Assembly (NCBI GenBank): GCA_022823055.1
Contig: JAJDXX010000240.1
Location: 8,794-72,793, forward strand
Length of the DNA: 64,000 nucleotides
Direction of reading: 5' to 3'
Source of the DNA: Candidatus Binatia bacterium
Lineage (GTDB): Bacteria; Desulfobacterota; Binatia; UBA9968; JAJDTQ01
In this document: positions 58,265 to 64,000 of the stretch, in pieces
Layout of the letters: each line of letters begins with the position of its first letter
How positions within the stretch are numbered: the first letter of the stretch is position 1
Position numbers and translations under genes: made by a program
Notes under the pieces: model-generated
The model's database searches: none
Seen by the model: only the letters and a program-made list of their open reading frames with translations
What the model was told of the DNA's origin: nothing

Positions 58265-60508
58265 TCACTCGCCGCGAAACCGCCGCAGCACGTTGTCGAT
58301 CATGCGCGAGATGTTGTTGTCGAAGTCGTTGTGGGGAAGGCTTCCGCAGAACGTGATCGAGCCTACCGAGAACACCGCGCCGCCGTTGGGCGTCTCGAAG
58401 AACACGATCTCGGCGCGGAGGAGATCCCGCACGAGGTGGGGCCGTCTGCGGTAGAGGGCCACGATCTCCTCCGGGACCAGCGTGAAGCTGTCGTCTGGCT
58501 CCGCCGAGCGGGCGAGCACGAGCGCGTGAGGCGGAGATCCCAGGTTCGTGTCCAGCCGGTCGAGCTCGAAGCCGGCCGCGCCCCCGCCGCTCAGTCCGAA
58601 GTCGCCGAGGACCTCGTCGTCGATGCCCTCTAAGATCCAGGCGGCGCGTGGGTCGTTGGAAGCCGGGAGGCGCCGGTAGCAGGTGCCGCGAAAGTCGCCC
58701 TGTGAGATGAACCCCACTCCCGCCAGACGCTGGGGAGCGCGGCCGCTGCTCCGCCACAGCCCGCCGTAGCAGCCGTCGAAGGCGTTGTAGTACTCTCCGG
58801 GCTCCGCCGCCCAGGCGCGGATCCCGGTCTCGCCCCGGCGGATCTCCACCGCGCCGGGGAACTCCGGACTGACCGCGACGCGCCAGTAGAAGCCATTGCC
58901 GCCGAGGTACATCAGGCGCCCGCCCTGCTCGGTGTAGCCGGTCAGGGCGTCGAGCGAGCGCGGGGTCTGGTACTCCGGGTGCGTGGTGGTCATCACCACC
59001 TTGTACGGCGCGATGGCGTCGACGCCGTCGGCGTCGAGGTCTTCGTCGGTGATGACGTCGAAGTCGTGGCCCAACGCCTCCAGCCACGCCAGCAGGTGGG
59101 TGTCGGCGGGGAAATGGCGCAGGCCGGAACCGGCCTTGGGATCCGCGTAGGACAAGTAGCCGGAGCGCTGGTTCAGGATGGGACGGAGCCGCGACGAATA
59201 GCTCACCCCACTGCCGTCGGGGTGGTAGTTGTAGGTGGAGATGCCGTACTCGGGATGCTCGTCCGGCGTCCAGGGGCGCGCCCCCCAGCGCGCCACGTGC
59301 TCGCGGTAGGCGTCGTTGGCCCGGTCGCGGACGGAGTTGGCATAGACGATGTAGGTGAAGATGGGGATGAGCACGCAGGCGCTAGACTGGGGCCGCCCCG
59401 GCGCGGCGCGCACGAAGAAGGGCACCATGTCCTCGTCCCCGCCCGCGCGCAGGCGCACCGCGTAGACGCCGCTCTTGAAGTCTTCCGGCACCTCGAAAGT
59501 GAAGTCGGTCTCCCAGCCGCAGTCGTAGAGGTCGTCGTCGTGGAAGTGGATGGCGCCGTAGTGCTCGGGGGCGTGGCGCCAGCACATCTCCTCGCCCGTC
59601 CACCGCGAGCCTTTCATGGCGCGAGTAGGCAGGTTTACGGTCTCGCCGTGCATGGCGTGGGGGCCGGCGTCGATGATGCGCGCCGACGACATCTCGCGGG
59701 AGAAGTCCCACGCCCCCACGACTTCCTCGCCAAGACCGGACGCGTCGTCCGGGCCGACTCCCTCGCCGGACCCAGACGCCTCGCCCGCGGCGCGGAACGC
59801 CGTGTCCGGGCCGAGCGCCTCCGCCAGCACCTTCGGCGCTTCGAGCTTGCCGTTGTAGTGGTCGCAAGGGGTCGAGCCCGCGCGCGCCGCGAACAGGAGA
59901 TCACCGCTCCCCGCGCAGCTCCCCGCGAACGCGGCGACGGTGGTGACGACGCCCGAGTCGTCGACCATCATCGCGGGCGCGAGCGGCTTCTGCCCTACCG
60001 CGACTTCGCCTTTGTCCGCGTCGAAGCTGACGAATACCCGGTACCAGGCGCGGGCGCGCAGTTCCTTGCCGACGCTGGCGCCGTGTGTCGCGGTGCCGTC
60101 GCTCAAGGTGGCCGCCACGGAGCCCTCCTCGTCGATCTCCAGCGTGAAGCCCGCGCCGGTGGCGGCGTCGATCCGTGACACGAGGCCCTGTCGGCGGGCG
60201 AGCGCGGGCAGGGTGGGCCAGATGACGGCGCTCACGGTGAAGCTCCGAAGGGCGTCCATGGGTGCCGCGCCGGCGACCCGGACATACGAGCCGCTGTGGA
60301 TCGGCTGGACCCGCGACGGGTAGCGTCCGGCAAAGGCGGCATCCACGGGCTGCTCTCTCATGCCCGGACCCGCAGGATTGGGGTCGCCGCTGATGACTCG
60401 CACCAGGCGTGCCTCGTAGTCCTCGGCCGCGGCCGAGCTTACCTTGAACGCGATGGTCTCGCCCGGCGCGACGGAGTAGCGGTCGGCATAGGCGGTGATG
60501 GGTAGCAT
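58265..60508 (-). CDS. N,N-dimethylformamidase large(beta)-subunit-like protein with N-terminal LamG/concanavalin-like domain
   Basis: 747 aa. N-terminal ...YSVAPGETIAFKVSS... and a LamG-like segment. Central/C-terminal blocks (IPIFTYIVYAN, YLGGNGFYWRV) as I recall for this family. Confidence 0.6.
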   Translation of the reverse strand: MLPITAYADRYSVAPGETIAFKVSSAAAEDYEARLVRVISGDPNPAGPGMREQPVDAAFAGRYPSRVQPIHSGSYVRVAGAAPMDALRSFTVSAVIWPTLPALARRQGLVSRIDAATGAGFTLEIDEEGSVAATLSDGTATHGASVGKELRARAWYRVFVSFDADKGEVAVGQKPLAPAMMVDDSGVVTTVAAFAGSCAGSGDLLFAARAGSTPCDHYNGKLEAPKVLAEALGPDTAFRAAGEASGSGEGVGPDDASGLGEEVVGAWDFSREMSSARIIDAGPHAMHGETVNLPTRAMKGSRWTGEEMCWRHAPEHYGAIHFHDDDLYDCGWETDFTFEVPEDFKSGVYAVRLRAGGDEDMVPFFVRAAPGRPQSSACVLIPIFTYIVYANSVRDRANDAYREHVARWGARPWTPDEHPEYGISTYNYHPDGSGVSYSSRLRPILNQRSGYLSYADPKAGSGLRHFPADTHLLAWLEALGHDFDVITDEDLDADGVDAIAPYKVVMTTTHPEYQTPRSLDALTGYTEQGGRLMYLGGNGFYWRVAVSPEFPGAVEIRRGETGIRAWAAEPGEYYNAFDGCYGGLWRSSGRAPQRLAGVGFISQGDFRGTCYRRLPASNDPRAAWILEGIDDEVLGDFGLSGGGAAGFELDRLDTNLGSPPHALVLARSAEPDDSFTLVPEEIVALYRRRPHLVRDLLRAEIVFFETPNGGAVFSVGSITFCGSLPHNDFDNNISRMIDNVLRRFRGE

Positions 60509-60804
60509 ATCGTGTCTCCGTGGTTGAACGTGCCTCTGCGGTTGAACTGCCTCGGGCGGCAGCGCGCGTGAAAGCGCGGATGCCCGCGTAGTTCGCGACC
60601 GGGCGCCGCCCCGGAATCCTCATCTGCCCGCGGGGCATATCGCTGTGCTCCGGCACGCGGGCACACGTATTAGAGCGCAGGCCGAAGTCGCCTTCAAGAC
60701 CACGATGGGCGCTCGTGGAACCTTCAAGGGCTTGACAGACGCCACGCTCATGGAGCAGACGGAGTTCTTGCCGCTTTTCCGGCGCCGTCGATACGCCCCG
60801 AATC

Positions 60805-60905
60805 GTCATTCCCGCGCAAGCGGGAATCCATGGGTGGGGCGGGGGAACGACCATGGTTTCCCGCCTCGCCCTGCCTGGATTCCCGCTTCCGCGGACGGGA
60901 ATGAC
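60805..60905. repeat. Palindromic nested-hairpin repeat, full copy
   Basis: GTCATTCCCGCGCAAGCGGGAATCCATGG...CCTGGATTCCCGCTTCCGCGGACGGGAATGAC. Confidence 0.85.
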
Positions 60906-60978
60906 GTGAAGAGGACGGGAACGGCGGAAGCACCCCGATGAGAAGGGACCGCAATGACTCGGACAGAGAAAGACCCCG

Positions 60979-62124
60979 ATGAGTGATCTGGCAACCATGA
61001 GGACCGACGTGGTGGGGAGCCTGCTGCGCCCTGACGGGCTCAAGCAGGCGCGCCGCCGCTTTGAGGAGGGCGAGCTGGACGCGGACGGCCTGCGGGAGGC
61101 CGAGGACGCGGCCATCGGGGACGCCGTGGCACTCCAGGAGAGCGCGGGCCTGGGCGTGGTCACCGACGGCGAGTTCCGCCGGCTCAACTTCCAGGACAGC
61201 TTCGGCGCGTGCGTGGAGGGGTTCCGCTCGGGTGCGGCGCGGATGGAGACTCTGGAGCGCCAGTCCCGAGGCGGGACCGCGCTGCGGCGTTGGGACGTGC
61301 AGCGCGACGTGAACCCGGAGGTGCCGGTGTGGCATAGGCTGCCGGCGGTGGAACGCCTGCGCCTGGCACGGAACCTGCCGCTGGAAGAATACCGCTTCCT
61401 CGGTGCCGCGACCCGCACGCCGGCCAAGGTGGCGCTGGTGGGACCCGACCGCATCAGCCAGCGCTTCGACCACGAGAACTCGCGCGACGTCTATCCCGCC
61501 ATGGAGGACTTCCTGGCCGACGTCGTAGCCATCGAGAAGGCCATGGTGGCGAGCCTGGTGGAGGCCGGCTGCCGCTACGTCCAGATCGACGCCCCCGGCT
61601 ATACCGCCTACGTCGACGAGCCGTCCCTGGCGGCCATGCGCGAGCGCGGCGAGGACCCGGACACTAATCTGGAGCGCTCCATCGCGGCCGACAACCAGAT
61701 CGTGGAAGCCTTCGGCGACGCCGTGTCCGGCATCCACCTGTGCCGCGGCAACCAGCGCAGCATGTGGCACCGCGAGGGTTCCTACGATGCGGTGGCGGAA
61801 CGGCTGTTCTCCGGCCTCCGGCACCGCCGGCTGCTGCTGGAGTACGACACCGAACGCGCCGGCGGGTTCGAGCCGCTGCGCTTCGTCCCCAAGGGCACGG
61901 TGGTGGTGCTGGGCCTGGTGAGCACCAAGGTGCCGGACCTGGAGAGCGTGGATTTCCTGAAGCGGCGCATCGATGACGCCGCCCGCTACCTGCCGCTGGA
62001 GCAATTGGCCATCAGCCCCCAATGCGGCTTCTCCTCGGACGTGGTGGGCAACCTCATCACGCCCGACGACCAGAAACGCAAGCTCGAGCGGGTAGTGGAG
62101 ACCGCACGGCAAGTGTGGGGTTGA
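60979..62124 (+). CDS. Cobalamin-independent methionine synthase II (MetE C-terminal-like) family protein
   Basis: 381 aa; ...RTDVVGSLLRP...VVTDGEFRR.NF...IQIDAP...HLCRGN...ISPQCGF, typical of the family. Confidence 0.8.
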   Translation: MSDLATMRTDVVGSLLRPDGLKQARRRFEEGELDADGLREAEDAAIGDAVALQESAGLGVVTDGEFRRLNFQDSFGACVEGFRSGAARMETLERQSRGGTALRRWDVQRDVNPEVPVWHRLPAVERLRLARNLPLEEYRFLGAATRTPAKVALVGPDRISQRFDHENSRDVYPAMEDFLADVVAIEKAMVASLVEAGCRYVQIDAPGYTAYVDEPSLAAMRERGEDPDTNLERSIAADNQIVEAFGDAVSGIHLCRGNQRSMWHREGSYDAVAERLFSGLRHRRLLLEYDTERAGGFEPLRFVPKGTVVVLGLVSTKVPDLESVDFLKRRIDDAARYLPLEQLAISPQCGFSSDVVGNLITPDDQKRKLERVVETARQVWG

Positions 62125-62170
62125 GCATTCCACGGTGTGTCAAACCAGTGAGGCAGGGCCCTTACGAATC

Positions 62171-62270
62171 GTCATTCCCGCGAAAGCGGGAATCCAGGGG
62201 TGGGGCGGGGCTGAAATGGGGCTGTTCCCCCACCTCACCCCGCCTGGATTCCCGCTTTCGCGGGAATGAC
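62171..62270. repeat. Palindromic nested-hairpin repeat, full copy
   Basis: GTCATTCCCGCGAAAGCGGGAATCCAGGGGTGGGG...CCCCGCCTGGATTCCCGCTTTCGCGGGAATGAC. Confidence 0.9.
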
Positions 62271-62300
62271 GGATGTGGGGTCCCGAGAGTGTGAGAACCC

Positions 62301-62867
62301 ATGAGCGATTCCACGAGTTTCCCCAGCTTTGTGGGCGGCCGCGTGACCGTCAAGGTGGGGGACATCACCCAGGAGGCGGTGGACGCGGTGGTGAACGCCG
62401 CCAACGGCACGCTGATGGGCGGCGGCGGGGTGGACGGGGCGATCCACCGGGCGGGCGGGCCGGCCATCCTGGAGGAATGCCGTAATATTCGCGCCACGCG
62501 CTACCCGGACGGGCTTCCCACGGGCGGCGCGGTGATCACCACGGCCGGGCGCATGCCCGCGCGCCACGTGATCCACACCGTGGGGCCGGTGTACGGCGGT
62601 GGCGGCCCGGGCAAGGCCGAGAAGCTGGCGCAGTGCTACGCCAATTCCCTGCGGATCGCGGCCGAGGAGGGTCTGGCGACGCTTGCCTTCCCGGCCATTT
62701 CCACCGGCATCTACGGCTATCCCATGGACGAGGCGGCCACGGTGTCGTCCCGCGCCGTCCAGGGCGCCCTGGGTTCCTACCCGTCCATCCGGGAAGTCCG
62801 GCTGGTGTTCTTTCTGCCGCGGGACGCCGAGGTGTTCGTGCGCCACCAGGCTTTCGCCGCCGAGTGA
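62301..62867 (+). CDS. Macro-domain protein (O-acetyl-ADP-ribose deacetylase, YmdB-like)
   Basis: VGDITQEAVDAVVNAANGTLMGGGGVDGAIHRAGGP...AFPAISTGIYGYP, canonical macro-domain motifs. Confidence 0.9.
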   Translation: MSDSTSFPSFVGGRVTVKVGDITQEAVDAVVNAANGTLMGGGGVDGAIHRAGGPAILEECRNIRATRYPDGLPTGGAVITTAGRMPARHVIHTVGPVYGGGGPGKAEKLAQCYANSLRIAAEEGLATLAFPAISTGIYGYPMDEAATVSSRAVQGALGSYPSIREVRLVFFLPRDAEVFVRHQAFAAE

Positions 62868-62929
62868 GGACTTGTCGGACCAATCATGGGCGAAGGACAT
62901 CCCATGGACACGAACAGAGACCCGACACC

Positions 62930-64000
62930 ATGAAGATCACCGCCATCAAGACCCAGCGGCTCTCGAACATTCCCCTGGACCTGCCTTTCCACGAGCGCCG
63001 GACCGCCTCCGTCGACCTGTTGTGGGTGGAGACCGACCAAGGACTGGTCGGCACGGCCGAGATCGGCCACGGTCCGGGCGCCGCCATCCTGCGATTCATC
63101 GAGACCGACCTCACGCCTTTCCTCGTCGGCCGCGATCCCCTTGAGAACGAGCGCCTCATGCACGAGATGCGCTGGCGCTTCAACCCGCGGGCCGAGCCCG
63201 GCGTGTGGAATCCCGCGGTAAGCGCCGTGGACGTGGCGCTGTGGGACATCAAGGGCAAGCTCTACAAGCAGCCCGTGTGGCGCCTGCTGGGAGGGGCGCA
63301 GCCGACGGTTCCCAGCTACTTCACCTTCGGTCTCCGGAGCTACGACCGGGAAGCGCTGGTGGAAGCGGCACGGCATTGGGTCAACCAAGGCCACAAGCGC
63401 CTCAAGCTGATGGTGGGACGCCTCAACATGCGCGGCGAGATCGACATGCGCGGCGCCAGCGGCGTCCACCGGGAGGATGACCCTGCGGAGGACGAGCGCC
63501 GGGTGCGGGCGGTGCGGGAAGCGGTGGGGGACGAGGTGGAGCTCATGGTCGATGCCGCCTGCCTGCTGCGCTACGACGCGGCGCTGCGCTGGTGCAAGCG
63601 CCTGGAACCCTACAACCTCATGTGGTTCGAGGAGCCTCTCCTGCGGAACGATCCCGAGCGGTTGGCGGCGCTCCGGCGCCACACCTCCATCCCCATCGCC
63701 GCCGGGCAATGGGAGGACTTCCACGGTCTGGCCGGGCTGGCGCGGGCCGGCGCGGTGGACTTCCTGAACATCCAGGTGGGCTCCGTCGGCGGCTTCACCA
63801 TGGGCATGAAGGCGGCGGCGGTGGCGCAGGCCTTCGACCTGCCCATCGGCAATGGCGCCTACTACGACATGAACCTCCACGCCGCCGTGCCCAACGGCTG
63901 GCGCACCGAGTTCCACGTCAACGACTGGCACATGGCCGAGACTCTCTACAAGGACCCGCCCGCGCCGGAGGACGGCTGGGTGACGCTGCCGGAAACCCCC
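62930..64000 (+). CDS. Enolase-superfamily enzyme (mandelate racemase/muconate lactonizing family), 3'-truncated by the window edge
   Basis: ATG 62930; MKITAIKTQRL...AVSAVDVALWDIKGKLYKQPVWRLLGG...KLKVG-like...MVDA...WFEEP. Frame open to the window end. Confidence 0.8.
   Translation, partial: MKITAIKTQRLSNIPLDLPFHERRTASVDLLWVETDQGLVGTAEIGHGPGAAILRFIETDLTPFLVGRDPLENERLMHEMRWRFNPRAEPGVWNPAVSAVDVALWDIKGKLYKQPVWRLLGGAQPTVPSYFTFGLRSYDREALVEAARHWVNQGHKRLKLMVGRLNMRGEIDMRGASGVHREDDPAEDERRVRAVREAVGDEVELMVDAACLLRYDAALRWCKRLEPYNLMWFEEPLLRNDPERLAALRRHTSIPIAAGQWEDFHGLAGLARAGAVDFLNIQVGSVGGFTMGMKAAAVAQAFDLPIGNGAYYDMNLHAAVPNGWRTEFHVNDWHMAETLYKDPPAPEDGWVTLPETP

Overview
64-kb high-GC bacterial segment. Hand counts of single 60-nt lines give about 65-72 % G+C in most genes. 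Lipobox, Tat, RND and Bug-type binding-protein features suggest an uncultured Gram-negative-type organism; I cannot assign taxonomy from sequence alone. I support about 55 CDS and found no rRNA, tRNA or CRISPR array.

The backbone is catabolic and transport genes:
- two Rieske oxygenases, two amidohydrolases, two ThDP enzymes, two SDR epimerases;
- UbiD-, PrpD-, DapA-, maleate-isomerase-, enolase- and MetE-like enzymes;
- MFS, RND/MMPL, TauE, a Bug/TctC binding protein and a BMP-type ABC transporter.

Five things stand out:
1. Three lower-GC patches (about 37.6-43.9 kb, 49.7-52.8 kb, 57.7-58.3 kb) carry family-less genes. These are a six-gene operon whose products all have signal peptides (including two large distant paralogues), a DUF900-hydrolase / Tat-exported papain-like peptidase / membrane helical-repeat protein cluster, and a second DUF900 paralogue.
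2. All three patches are headed by the same promoter architecture, TTGACA, then a -10 element, then the palindrome CCGTAC-N6-GTACGG. A degenerate copy lies at the promoter of one of two TetR paralogues. This suggests one regulon, and it is my best candidate for an undescribed system.
3. A deiodinase-like thioredoxin-fold gene has an in-frame UGA at the catalytic position and a SECIS-like hairpin, so I predict a selenoprotein. It heads an operon with a cytoplasmic molybdopterin oxidoreductase and a TauE permease.
4. A GPP34(GOLPH3-like)-cytochrome P450 fusion.
5. A family of about 95-100-bp nested-hairpin palindromic intergenic repeats (8 full copies plus half-sites). Two 167-bp direct copies bracket one epimerase gene.

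Functional calls rest on motifs I recognise by eye. No database search was possible.
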